A stretch of 64,000 nucleotides of DNA, taken from Myxococcota bacterium (GTDB lineage: Bacteria > Myxococcota_A > UBA9042 > PHBI01 > JAWLBL01). Numbering within the stretch: the first letter of the stretch is position 1; each line of letters begins with the position of its first letter. Below the pieces are notes generated by a model. The model searched no databases. It was not told the origin of the DNA and saw nothing but the letters and a program-made list of their open reading frames with translations. The position numbers and the translations under genes were made by a program. Positions 1 through 12,212 of the stretch are shown one piece after another. The DNA lies in assembly GCA_041687695.1 (NCBI GenBank), contig JAWLBL010000007.1, positions 225,135 through 289,134 on the forward strand. Reading direction: 5' to 3'.

Positions 1-59
1 ACCCGGACGTGTACGACTACGACAAGGCGACGCTGGGGAGCGGGGGCGGCGCGCGCTGA
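1..59 (+). CDS. 3' end of a gene entering the window (partial, product unknown)
   Basis: Frame from position 3 reads PDVYDYDKATLGSGGGAR then TGA at 57-59, with G/C third positions; convergent with the next gene. Confidence 0.4.
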   Translation, partial: PDVYDYDKATLGSGGGAR

Positions 60-79
60 GGCCGGCCGCCGGGCCACGG

Positions 80-1720
80 TCAGAAGCGCAGCGTCGACTC
101 GAGCTTGACGCCCTCGAAGTCGGGGAAGATGCGGCAGACGCCGCCCGAGCACTTGAGCCCGCCCTTCGAGCGGCCGGCGAACAGGCGCACGAAGCTGTCG
201 GACGTGAAGCGGTAGGCCACGAAGCCGCCTGGGAACCAGGTGGCCTCGGCGGCGCGCTCGGTCAGGTACTCGAACTGCGCCGTGAACGACCAGCGCGGCG
301 CGATGTTCCAGCTGACGTAGCTGGTGCCCTCGAGGTAGCTGTCCTCGAGGTCGCCGAGGCCGGGGTTCCTGGTGCGGAACTCGTGGTTCCAGTGCAGCTG
401 GAGGTCGTGGCCGCCGCCGACGAGCAGGTAGACGTCGAGATCGAAGTGCGTCATGCGCAAGCCGGTCGTGGGCGCGCGCTCGTAGCGGTAGCCGGCCTGC
501 GCGAGCCAGCGGTGGCCCGCCTCGGCGCGGTGCTCCCAGCCGCCGTAGGCGTGGCTGGTGACGCTGTCCTCGGCGACGTCGGCCTCGCGCGCGAAGGCGT
601 CGGTGAAGACCGCGCCCGACACGAAGGCGGTGTCGCGGCCGTCCGGCAGGCGGTAGTCGGCGCGCAGGTGGGCGCCGCTGACGTCGCTGTTGTTCTGGAC
701 GCGCTGGTCGATGCGCTCGAGGGTCGGCGGGGCGATGTAGGGGAAGGTGCGCGTGACGCCCTGGGCGTCCCAGGTCTCGGGGTGCAGCGACGAGTCGAGC
801 CGGTAGTCGTCGTAGTGCTTGGCCTCGGCGAGGAAGGTCCATGCGCCCGTGAAGAAGGTGGCCGACGCGTAGACGGCCAGGCCGTCGCTGTGGTCGCGGC
901 GCTCGCCTCGGGCAGTGTCGCGGGCGGTGGTCGTGCGCAGGACGTCGGCCTCGGCGTAGAGCTGGCCGACGCCGGCGAGATCGGGCACCTCGAGCGAGAC
1001 GCCGCCGACGAGGCTGCGCAGCGCCCGCTCGCCGCCCAGCGGAGGGCTGGGGTCGGTCCCGGGCAGCGCCTCGGTCAGGGGCGAGTGGCGCCGCTCGACG
1101 TCGACCACGTGGGCCCCGACGACCAGGTTGGGGACGACGCGGCTCTCGACCCGGCCGGCGAAGACGAGGTCATCCGGGTCGGGGACGCGCTTTTCCTCGA
1201 TGGCGTCGACGTTGACGACGTTGGTCAGGCCGGCCGACAGGCGCGCGCGCAGCTGGGGCGAGCGGTACTGGACGTGGGCGCCGCGCAGGGTGATGTCGAA
1301 GCCGACCTCGTCGAGCTTGCGCAAGGTCAGGGCCAGGCCGCGGCCGAAGGACAGGTAGTCGTCGCCCGCGGTGAAGGTCCAGCGGCCGGCGCGCCAGGAG
1401 GCGAAGAGGGACTCGACGCGCAGATCGCTGCCGTATTGATCGGAGGGGGCGTCGGGGAACCATGCGGCGTCCAGGCGCAGGCCCAGGGTCAGCTGGCGCC
1501 AGCCGAGGCGCAGGTTCAGGCGCTCGCGCAGATCGAACACGCCCTCGGGGTCGGGGTCCAGCAGGGCGTCGTCGAGGACGGTGTGGTAGTCGAGGAAGAG
1601 GCTCTGCGTGACGTCGAGGACCACCGGGGCGGGGCCGGCGGACAGCTCGAGCGCGCGAGCCGGGGCCAGGGTCGAGGCCGCGATGGCGACGAGCGCCGCG
1701 GCGAGGGCGGTGCGCTTCAC
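80..1720 (-). CDS. Outer-membrane beta-barrel-like protein, DUF6029-like
   Basis: Signal peptide (ALAAALVAIAASTLAPARA), alternating beta-strand pattern, C-terminal GGLKCSGGVCR...F; start overlaps the stop of the upstream TlpA gene. Confidence 0.65.
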   Translation of the reverse strand: MKRTALAAALVAIAASTLAPARALELSAGPAPVVLDVTQSLFLDYHTVLDDALLDPDPEGVFDLRERLNLRLGWRQLTLGLRLDAAWFPDAPSDQYGSDLRVESLFASWRAGRWTFTAGDDYLSFGRGLALTLRKLDEVGFDITLRGAHVQYRSPQLRARLSAGLTNVVNVDAIEEKRVPDPDDLVFAGRVESRVVPNLVVGAHVVDVERRHSPLTEALPGTDPSPPLGGERALRSLVGGVSLEVPDLAGVGQLYAEADVLRTTTARDTARGERRDHSDGLAVYASATFFTGAWTFLAEAKHYDDYRLDSSLHPETWDAQGVTRTFPYIAPPTLERIDQRVQNNSDVSGAHLRADYRLPDGRDTAFVSGAVFTDAFAREADVAEDSVTSHAYGGWEHRAEAGHRWLAQAGYRYERAPTTGLRMTHFDLDVYLLVGGGHDLQLHWNHEFRTRNPGLGDLEDSYLEGTSYVSWNIAPRWSFTAQFEYLTERAAEATWFPGGFVAYRFTSDSFVRLFAGRSKGGLKCSGGVCRIFPDFEGVKLESTLRF

Positions 1721-2226
1721 GGACCGAGCAGCCCCACGATCTTTTGCTCGAGGGCGTCGGCCTCGGAGAGCTGGAAACCCTCGATCTTCTCGACGATGCG
1801 GCCCTCGCGGTCGATGAGGACCGTGTAGGGCGCGGTGGCGCGCGGGTTCCAGCGCTGGGCGATGGCGGTGTCCTCGTCGACGAGCACGCGGAACGAGTAG
1901 CCGTTCGAGCGGATGTAGGGGACGACGCCCGACTGGGTGTCGGGGCCGTCGAGGCTGACCGAGACGATGGTCAGGCCGCGCACCTGGTAGCGCTCGTGCA
2001 GGCGCTGGAGAAAGGGCATCTCGGACTTGCAGGGCTCGCAGTAGGTGGCCCAGAAGCTGAGCAGGACGACGTCGCTGCCGGCGTGGTCGGCGAGCGTGAA
2101 GGGCCGGCCCTGGATGTCGACGCCCTCGAGGGTCGGCAGGCCGGCCCCGGAGGTCGCCGAGGTGCCGGCGCAGGCCGGGGCCACGAGGGCCAGCAGGAGC
2201 AGGAGCGCGAGGCGGGGGACGGGCAC
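1717..2226 (-). CDS. TlpA/ResA-like thioredoxin-fold lipoprotein (disulfide reductase)
   Basis: FWATYCEPC active site, cis-Pro region APYTVLIDREG, lipobox-like VAPAC; GTG start at 2226 inferred. Confidence 0.85.
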   Translation of the reverse strand: MPVPRLALLLLLALVAPACAGTSATSGAGLPTLEGVDIQGRPFTLADHAGSDVVLLSFWATYCEPCKSEMPFLQRLHERYQVRGLTIVSVSLDGPDTQSGVVPYIRSNGYSFRVLVDEDTAIAQRWNPRATAPYTVLIDREGRIVEKIEGFQLSEADALEQKIVGLLGP

Positions 2227-2476
2227 GGGGGGCCTCTCGGGGGTGAGGGGTGGCGAGACGGGCGCGAAGCCTACCGCGCGCGACGGGTCAGGGAAACCGC
2301 GACGCGCGCGGGGCGGACGGCGAGGCGCGCGAGCAGGCGGGGCGAGCGCGCAGGAGCGCGAATTGACAGGGATTGCCGGGCGCGGCGATGATGCCGCCCT
2401 GGGCGGGGCGGCCCGCGCGGCGGTGGCGCCGGGCACAGGGGGTCGCGCCGGGGCCGGTTGGCGCGCGAGGGATTCG

Positions 2477-5287
2477 ATGCAGGCGACGCGAGTGGGGCTC
2501 TCGGGGCTGGCGGTGCTGGTGGCGGTGGCGCCGGCGACGCAGGCCTTCGGCCAGGAGGCCGGTCAGGTCGCGGAAGGCGACGTGCAAAAGCGCCTCGGGG
2601 CGATGGCGATGGCGCTGCGCGAGGCGGTGAGCCCGGACGAGCGGCAGATCGAGAACGCCGCGCGCGAGATGGCCGCGGTGGGCGAGGCGGGCGACGACGC
2701 GCTGCTGGATCTCATGACCGACCCGGTGCCCGCCGTGCGGCGCGCGGCCGTGCAGGCGCTGGGGGCGCGGGCGCCCAAGAGCGCGATGCCGGCGTTCATC
2801 CAGGCGCTCGGCGACGAGGAGGCGGGCGTCGTGGTCGACGCCGTGAAGGTGGTCGCGACGTACCAGGGCGAGTGGCCGACGCGGGCGCTGGTGCGCTGGC
2901 TGGCCCATGACGACAAGGCCGTGCGCGGGGCGATCGTGGCCGCGCTCGAGCAGCGGCCGGTCGAGGACGTCCGGGAGATCGTCCGCAAGCAGCTGGCGAG
3001 CCCGCCGGTCGACTCGGGCCCCGGGCCGTTCCTGACGGCGCTCGGGCGCTTCCCGGACCGGTACGCGGCGCGCGACCTGGTCGGCGCGCTGTCCGATCCC
3101 GAGCTGGCGTCGTACGCGATGCGCGGGCTGACGTTCTTCGGGGACAAGGCGGCGCCCGAGCTGCTGCGCTGGATCGAGCGCGAGGGCCCCAAGCAGGAGG
3201 CCACCGCCGTGGCGGCGGTCGGCGTGCTGGCGGGCTTTGGCGACAAGGCGCGGGCCGGGCTGGGCAAGCTGGTCGAGAAGGGGCCGCTGGCGATCAAGCG
3301 GGCGGCGCTGCAGGGGCTGCTGTCGCAGCTGGGCGCCGAGGGCGCGGCCAAGGTAGACGCCCTGGCCAAGCATCGGTCGGCCGACGTGCGGGTGGCCGTG
3401 CTGGAGGTGCTGCCGACGCTCGAGGGCGCCAACACGCGGGCGGCGATCGAGGCGAACCTGCGGCACGCGCACGGCCCGCTGCGCCTGCTGGCCATCGCGG
3501 CGGCCGGCGGGGGCCCGGCCTCGGGGCTGCAGTCGCTGCTGGTCCAGCGCTATCGCGAGCTGTCGGCGCGGCGGACGGCGGACACGGCCGAGGAGCGGCG
3601 GGCGCTGCTGCGGGCGCTCGGGCGCGTCGGCGACGCGGGCGCGGTCAGCGAGCTCATCCAGGCGATGGGGCGCGACGACGAGTCGGCGGCGGCCATCGAG
3701 GCGCTGGGCCTGCTGGGGGACCAGGCGACGGGCCCGCTGCTGTTCGTCATCAAGTCGGGCGACCCGGTCCGGACGCCGCTGGCGGTCGACGCGCTGTCGC
3801 GCGCCGGCGACTCGGCCCTCGAGCCGATGCTGCAGCTGCTGGTCCATCCCAGCCGCGACGTCCGCAACATCGCGCGGCAGGCGCTGGCCCAGGCGGCCGA
3901 CCCGGTCATCGTCCCGGGCGTCGTCAAGCTCGTGCAGGAGCCCGAGACCCCCGGGCGCGCCGCGCTCATCGCGCTGCTGGGCCACGTCCCGTCCGACGAG
4001 AGCGCCAAGGCGCTGCAGACCTTCGCGACCGGCCCCTACGACCACGAGATGCGCCTCGCGGCCGTCAAGGCGCTGATGCGGCAGGATCAGGCCGAGGTCG
4101 TGCCGCTCTTGCGCAAGCTCGCCGAGACCGACGACAGCAACGACGTGCGCCACCTGGCGGTCTGGGCGCTCATCGGGCGCGGCGACGTCGACTCGGTGCC
4201 GCTCCTCATCAAGATGCTCAGCTACGAGAAGGACTTCATCCGCAAGACGGCGGCGCTCGGCCTCGGCTACCTCGCGGGCGTCCGGGACATCGCCGCCATC
4301 TCCAAGAAGATGAGCGACCCGCGCTCCGAGATCGTCTCGGCCGTGCGCGACACCCTGCGCCGCCTGTCCTTCCACCCCGAGTTCAAGAACCCCGAGGAGT
4401 TCACCGGCTGGGCGCAGTGGTTCGCCAAGCGCCCCGCCGCGAAGCTGGCGCTCAAGGCCGGCGAGATGACCCTCGCCGACGGGACGGTCGTGGCCTACTG
4501 GATGGGCGGGCAGGGCAAGCCGCTGCTGGTCCTGCACGGCGGCCCCGATCTCGACCACGGCTACCTCGAGTCCGGTCTGGCGGCGCTGGGCGCGTCGCAC
4601 CTGCTGGTCTTCGTCGACCTGCCGGGGCGTGGGGCCTCCAAGCTGCCTCCCCAGGGCGTGCCGTCGCTCGAGCACGACGTGGCCTCGGTCGCCACCACGC
4701 TTGCGCGCCTGAACCTGTTCAGGGTCAACGTCCTGGGGCACGGCTGGGGCGGGCTGGTCGCCGCGCGCCTCGCCACCAAGCAGCCCAAGCTGGTCTCCAA
4801 GCTGGTCCTCGACGGCACCCCGCACCCGACCCTGTCGGGCTGGGCCGCGGAGCTCGACGCCATGGCAGCCGCCGCGCCGTACCCGTTCAAGGACGACATG
4901 CAGACCTTCGTCTCCGAGGCGGGCAACTTCCTGCCCGAGGTCCGCGACCGCTTCATCGCGCGCCTGCTGATGACCGGCGCCGTCAACAAGGCCCACGTGC
5001 TCGCCCAGATCTCGGGTCACCTGCAGACCCGGCCGCACCTGCGCACGGCCTACCTGAACGCCCTCGGCGACTTCGACCTCACCGGCACGTTGGCCAAGCT
5101 CGACAAGCCGACCCTGCTGCTCTACGGCGACGCCCTGCCCATGACCGAGGCCGGCGCCGCCTGGCGCAAGGAGCTGGTCAAGGGCAACCCCAACGTCGTC
5201 GCCAAGGTCATCGCCGACGCCGGCTACCTGCCGGCCTACGAGCAGCCCAAGGCCTACAAGGACGCCCTCGACGCCTTCCTGAAGTAG
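2477..5287 (+). CDS. Secreted HEAT-repeat protein with a C-terminal alpha/beta-hydrolase (proline iminopeptidase-like) domain
   Basis: Signal peptide ending ATQAFG; repeated VRxxAxxAL HEAT motifs; C-terminal LHGGP, DLPGRGAS and GHGWGG motifs; ATG at 2477. Confidence 0.8.
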   Translation: MQATRVGLSGLAVLVAVAPATQAFGQEAGQVAEGDVQKRLGAMAMALREAVSPDERQIENAAREMAAVGEAGDDALLDLMTDPVPAVRRAAVQALGARAPKSAMPAFIQALGDEEAGVVVDAVKVVATYQGEWPTRALVRWLAHDDKAVRGAIVAALEQRPVEDVREIVRKQLASPPVDSGPGPFLTALGRFPDRYAARDLVGALSDPELASYAMRGLTFFGDKAAPELLRWIEREGPKQEATAVAAVGVLAGFGDKARAGLGKLVEKGPLAIKRAALQGLLSQLGAEGAAKVDALAKHRSADVRVAVLEVLPTLEGANTRAAIEANLRHAHGPLRLLAIAAAGGGPASGLQSLLVQRYRELSARRTADTAEERRALLRALGRVGDAGAVSELIQAMGRDDESAAAIEALGLLGDQATGPLLFVIKSGDPVRTPLAVDALSRAGDSALEPMLQLLVHPSRDVRNIARQALAQAADPVIVPGVVKLVQEPETPGRAALIALLGHVPSDESAKALQTFATGPYDHEMRLAAVKALMRQDQAEVVPLLRKLAETDDSNDVRHLAVWALIGRGDVDSVPLLIKMLSYEKDFIRKTAALGLGYLAGVRDIAAISKKMSDPRSEIVSAVRDTLRRLSFHPEFKNPEEFTGWAQWFAKRPAAKLALKAGEMTLADGTVVAYWMGGQGKPLLVLHGGPDLDHGYLESGLAALGASHLLVFVDLPGRGASKLPPQGVPSLEHDVASVATTLARLNLFRVNVLGHGWGGLVAARLATKQPKLVSKLVLDGTPHPTLSGWAAELDAMAAAAPYPFKDDMQTFVSEAGNFLPEVRDRFIARLLMTGAVNKAHVLAQISGHLQTRPHLRTAYLNALGDFDLTGTLAKLDKPTLLLYGDALPMTEAGAAWRKELVKGNPNVVAKVIADAGYLPAYEQPKAYKDALDAFLK

Positions 5288-5373
5288 GCGGCAATGCCTC
5301 TCGGTGCGTGCGACTTGACGCGGCGCGCACCGGAGCCTACGACGAACCTGATGGCCTCTTGGAGGAGGGCGCG

Positions 5374-5694
5374 ATGAACAAAGATGAAGCCGTCAAGGAC
5401 CTCATCGAGTACCACTTCGACTCGGAGTCAGAGCTGCGTACCGTCTTCCGCTTCATCTCCGAAAGGGAGGATGACCCGGACGAGCCCGTGAAGCTGCTCG
5501 AGGTTTCGGGAGCTACGCCCGCTACCGGTTCTGTGGACGTCTTCGGATTCCGGAGCACCGAGACCTTTCCGTTTCGGCTGATGATCGCCGAGGTCACGCC
5601 CGAAGAGATGGACGCCATCAGAGCCGATCCCTCCCGGCTTCCTGCTGGATGGCGCCTGGACAGCGCCGTCGAAATCTCGCGTAACCGTCTATGA
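5374..5694 (+). CDS. Small 106-aa hypothetical protein, possibly a degenerate minimal nucleotidyltransferase-like antitoxin
   Basis: Strong RBS GGAGGAGG before ATG 5374; ATGA overlap with the next gene; LMIAEVTPEEM resembles MNT C-terminal strands. Confidence 0.6.
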   Translation: MNKDEAVKDLIEYHFDSESELRTVFRFISEREDDPDEPVKLLEVSGATPATGSVDVFGFRSTETFPFRLMIAEVTPEEMDAIRADPSRLPAGWRLDSAVEISRNRL

Positions 5695-6200
5695 CCGAGG
5701 CGCCAACGGAGGCGTGGGCGCGCGCCTATGCCGCCCAGGCCCGATCGGATTGGCAGGTCTACAAGGCGCTGCAGTTCGAAGCGCGTCAGTCAGCGTGCCA
5801 TGAACTCCACTTCCTTCAGATGGCCTGTGAGAAGATCGCCAAGGCCTATCGCCTCCGTGATGACTCGGTCCCGCTCGAGAAGATCCGAACGGAGCACGTT
5901 GGGTGCGACAAGTTCTTGAAGAACTATCTCAAGTCATCCGAGGCGCGTGAGTTCTACCGGGGACGGCCGAAGCAGCTGGAGGCTGCAACGCCCAAACTGG
6001 TCCAGCTGATGAAGCAGATCCAGGCACTCTGTCCGGCGATCGATTCCGTCGCTTGTCCCACGAACGTCGAGTATCCGTGGGAAGACGGCAGCGGCCGCGT
6101 GATAGCGCCTTGCGAGCATCGCTTCCTCGCACCGGACCTGACGACGGCTCAGGCTCGAACGCTGCTGAAGATCATCGAGAGGGCGCTGGAACGGTTCTAG
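5691..6200 (+). CDS. HEPN-like domain protein
   Basis: AxSDW...HFLQMACEKIAKAY matches the HEPN helix (QxAxEKxxKA); downstream H and EYPW match the RYP position; lower GC than flanks. Confidence 0.6.
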   Translation: MTEAPTEAWARAYAAQARSDWQVYKALQFEARQSACHELHFLQMACEKIAKAYRLRDDSVPLEKIRTEHVGCDKFLKNYLKSSEAREFYRGRPKQLEAATPKLVQLMKQIQALCPAIDSVACPTNVEYPWEDGSGRVIAPCEHRFLAPDLTTAQARTLLKIIERALERF

Positions 6201-6232
6201 CCGGCGGCGCCGAGCCCGAGCCCCGCGGGCGC

Positions 6233-9031
<2,799 letters not shown>

Positions 9032-9069
9032 GAGCTTCTCCAGGCGACCCGGGGGCTTCGGGGCGCCAC

Positions 9070-9098
9070 AACTTAGAGACCGGCCCCCCCGGCGTCAA
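9070..9098 (-). promoter_or_regulatory. Putative sigma-70 promoter of the radical SAM gene
   Basis: Minus strand TTGACG-17 nt-TAAGTT about 40 nt upstream of ATG 9031. Confidence 0.5.
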
Positions 9099-9159
9099 CG
9101 AATCGGGGACGCCGCTGGTCCTATTGCGAGGCGGGGCGGGCCTGGGTCATGCTGGCCCG

Positions 9160-10215
9160 ATGCTCTCCCTCGAAGCGCCGCTCGTCATGAGTCCCATCGT
9201 GCGGGCGTGGCAGTGCCAGCAGCGCGGTCAGTGCTGCAAAGGCCACCACGTCCCGGTGGACCTCGTCACCTTCCGCCGCATGCGCCGCGCCCTCGACGCC
9301 GAAGGCGACCCGCGCGCGCCGCTGATGGACGAGGAGCGCGCCGAGCACCTGGACGGCTGGCTCGGCCTGCCGCGCGTCGCCGAAGAGGCCTGCGTCTTCC
9401 TCGAGGGCAAGCTCTGCGGCTGGCGCCTGCGCCACGGCACGGCCTCGCTGCCCAAGATCTGCGGCTCCTATCCTCACATGGGGCTGCTCACGCCCCGCCG
9501 CCTCCTCTTCGGGCTCATGTTCTCCTGCCCGACCGCCCTCGGTCTGCTCGCCCGCGAGGATGGCCACCCCCTCGTCCACGAGCCCGGCGGCGCGCTCCCC
9601 ACCCACGAGATCGCCGTCGCCCTCGCCCGCGACGACTGCCGCCTGCTCGACGGCACCCGGACCGACGCCGACGCCTTCTTCGAGGCGCTCTGGGACTGGG
9701 GCCAGCGCTTCCGCGCCAGCTCCGGCCGCCCCGCCGAGCGCCTGCTCGCCCTGACCGGCGTCGACCCCTCCGAGCTGCCGCTCCCCGGCCTCGACCCCGC
9801 CGCCCTGCGCGCCTACCAGCCGCCGCCCGAGTGGGTGTCCCTCGCCCTCGAGGAGGGCGCCTTCGAACTGCTGCTCGGCCTGTGGTCCACCGAGCCCGCC
9901 CGGGACTACGCCGCCGACCCGCCGCCGCCCGACCTCGACGAGCCGGCCTTCGTCGGCCGCTACCTGGCCCACCGCCTGCTCTTGCCGGTCGGCCTCGGCA
10001 CCACCTGGTCGCTCTCGCGCCTACTGACCATGCTCTTCGCGATGCTGGTCCGCTACCGCCTCGAGCGCGCCCGCGGCTTCGAGCCCCTGCGCGCCGTGCA
10101 GCGCCTGGACATCCTGGCCGTGCACATGGGCCTGTTCGCCGGCCTCTGCCCGCGCCCCGACGACGACCGCTGGCAGCTCCTCGCCGCCATGGCCCTGGCC
10201 CTCGAGCCCGCCTGA
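9160..10215 (+). CDS. YkgJ/FliB-like cysteine-cluster protein
   Basis: WQCQQRGQCC, ACVFLEGKLC, LPKICGSYP and SCP motifs typical of CxxCxxCC/FliB families; start uncertain. Confidence 0.65.
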   Translation: MLSLEAPLVMSPIVRAWQCQQRGQCCKGHHVPVDLVTFRRMRRALDAEGDPRAPLMDEERAEHLDGWLGLPRVAEEACVFLEGKLCGWRLRHGTASLPKICGSYPHMGLLTPRRLLFGLMFSCPTALGLLAREDGHPLVHEPGGALPTHEIAVALARDDCRLLDGTRTDADAFFEALWDWGQRFRASSGRPAERLLALTGVDPSELPLPGLDPAALRAYQPPPEWVSLALEEGAFELLLGLWSTEPARDYAADPPPPDLDEPAFVGRYLAHRLLLPVGLGTTWSLSRLLTMLFAMLVRYRLERARGFEPLRAVQRLDILAVHMGLFAGLCPRPDDDRWQLLAAMALALEPA

Positions 10216-10236
10216 CCCGCCCCTCGGGGCCCGCCC

Positions 10237-12210
10237 TCAGATGACCCTGTCGCTGCCGCCGTCGATGGGCACCTGCGCCCCGGTCGTCTTCGCGAACGCC
10301 GGCCCGACCATCGCCGCCACCAGCGCCGCCACGTCCGCCGACCCGATCTCGACCCCCATCAGGTTGCGCGTCTTGTACTGCTCGGGCGTCAGCCCATAGC
10401 GCGCCGCCCGCTCCGCGATGCGCTCGGCCGGCCAGATGCCCGTGTCGAACACCGCGTCCGGGTGCACCACGTTGACCCGCACCCCGGCGGGCGCCAGCTC
10501 CAGCGCCGCCACCCGCGCCAGCTGCGTCAGCCCCGCCTTGGCCACCGAGTACGCCGCCGCCCCCGGTCCCGGCGCCGGCACGTTCTTCGACGCCACCACC
10601 ACCACCGCCGGGTCCAGGCCCAGCTTCAGCAGCGGCGCCGCCGCCCGCAGCACCCGCTGGTGCGTCGTCAGGTTCGCCTCCAGCGTCGTCCGCCAGGCCT
10701 CGTCGCCCAACGCCTCGATGGGCGCCCCCGCCGGGAACGTCCCCGCGTTCGACACCAGCACGTCCAGCCCGCCGAAGCTCGCCACCACCCGGTCCAGCGC
10801 CGCCTCCACCGCCCCCGCGTCGCTCAGATCGGCCACCAGCGCCAGCACGTCCCCGCCAAAGGCCTCGGCGACCCCCGGGTCCCGGTCCAGCGCCGCCACC
10901 GCCGCCCCCTGCGCCCGCAGCGCGTGCACGGTCGCCCGCCCGATGCCGCTCGCCGCGCCGGTCACCAGCGCCGCCTTGCCCTCGAGCGGCGGCCGCGCGC
11001 CGCCCTTGCCCAGCTTGGCCTGCTCCAGCTCCCAGTACTCGACCTCGAACAGCTCGGCCTCGCTCACCGGCCGCCACCCGCCCAGCGCCTCGGCCCACTG
11101 CATCGCCCGGACGGTGTGCCACGCCACGTCGCGCACCACCCGCAGCCGCGCCGGCGACGGCCCGAAGGCGACCAGCCCCGCGCCCGGCCACACCGCCCAG
11201 CGCGGCGCCGGGTCCAGCGCCGCGTGACCCGCCGTCGCGTGGCGCCCGAAGTACGCCCGATAGGCCTCGCCGAACGCCGCGACCTCGCCCTCGGGCTCGG
11301 ACTCGCCCACGATCAGCGGCCACGGCTTCATGTGCAGGACGTGGTCCGGCGTGACCGTCCCACCCCGCGCCAGCGTCGCCGCGTCGTCACGCCGCGAAAA
11401 CCCCACCGCCTGGGGCCGCTCGTCCAGCCGCGCCAGCACCGGCCGGCCCCACGCCCGCGCCACCTCGCGCCGCAGCGTCGCCAGCCGCAGCGGGTCCCAG
11501 CTCGACACCTCGGCCGCCGCCGTCGCCCCCAGCGCCCCCTCGGCCTCGAGCCGCCGCTCGGCCTCGTCCACCAGCGCGATCATCCGCTCGTAGCTCTGCC
11601 GCGCGTCGTCCGCGAAGGTGAAGACCCCGTGGTGCATCAGCACCAGCCCCTCGAGCCGGCCCCAGTCCACGTCGCGCGTCAGCTCGAAGACCTGCCGCGC
11701 CAGCACGAACCCCGGCATCACGTACGGCACGACGAGCACCCGCTCGCCGTACAGCGCGCGCAGCCGCGCCTGCCCGTCCGGCGTGTTGCTCAGCGCGACC
11801 ACCGCGTCGGCGTGGGTGTGGTCCACATACCGAGAGGGGATCAGCGCGTGCAGGATGGCCTCGACCGACGGGTTGGGCGCGCCCGGGTCGGTCATCGCCG
11901 TCCGCTGCAGCCGCACCATGTCCGTGTCGCTCAGCGCCGGCAGCGCGGCCAGCCGCAGCAGCAGCTCCATGCGCACCGGCGCGAACCCGGCCGGCTCGAT
12001 GCTGGCCAGATCCCAGCCGCTGCCCTTGACGTACAGGACCTCCTGCTCGTCGCCGAAGAAGTCCCGCTCGCGCACCTTCACCGAGGTGTTGCCGCCGCCG
12101 TGCAGGACCAGCCCTGGCTCGCGCCCCAGCAGCCGCGACGAGTACGCCCGCAGCGCCACCGGGTCGTCCGCGAACGCCGCCGCCTCCGCGTCGCTCCACT
12201 GGCTGCGCAT
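10237..12210 (-). CDS. Bifunctional class II aldolase / short-chain dehydrogenase (RhaD-like fusion)
   Basis: LVLHGGGNTSVK, VKGSGWDL, PSVE, HTHAD, EYWELEQAKL, TGAASGIG and YSVAK motifs; ATG at 12210. Confidence 0.9.
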   Translation of the reverse strand: MRSQWSDAEAAAFADDPVALRAYSSRLLGREPGLVLHGGGNTSVKVRERDFFGDEQEVLYVKGSGWDLASIEPAGFAPVRMELLLRLAALPALSDTDMVRLQRTAMTDPGAPNPSVEAILHALIPSRYVDHTHADAVVALSNTPDGQARLRALYGERVLVVPYVMPGFVLARQVFELTRDVDWGRLEGLVLMHHGVFTFADDARQSYERMIALVDEAERRLEAEGALGATAAAEVSSWDPLRLATLRREVARAWGRPVLARLDERPQAVGFSRRDDAATLARGGTVTPDHVLHMKPWPLIVGESEPEGEVAAFGEAYRAYFGRHATAGHAALDPAPRWAVWPGAGLVAFGPSPARLRVVRDVAWHTVRAMQWAEALGGWRPVSEAELFEVEYWELEQAKLGKGGARPPLEGKAALVTGAASGIGRATVHALRAQGAAVAALDRDPGVAEAFGGDVLALVADLSDAGAVEAALDRVVASFGGLDVLVSNAGTFPAGAPIEALGDEAWRTTLEANLTTHQRVLRAAAPLLKLGLDPAVVVVASKNVPAPGPGAAAYSVAKAGLTQLARVAALELAPAGVRVNVVHPDAVFDTGIWPAERIAERAARYGLTPEQYKTRNLMGVEIGSADVAALVAAMVGPAFAKTTGAQVPIDGGSDRVI

Positions 12211-12212
12211 CG

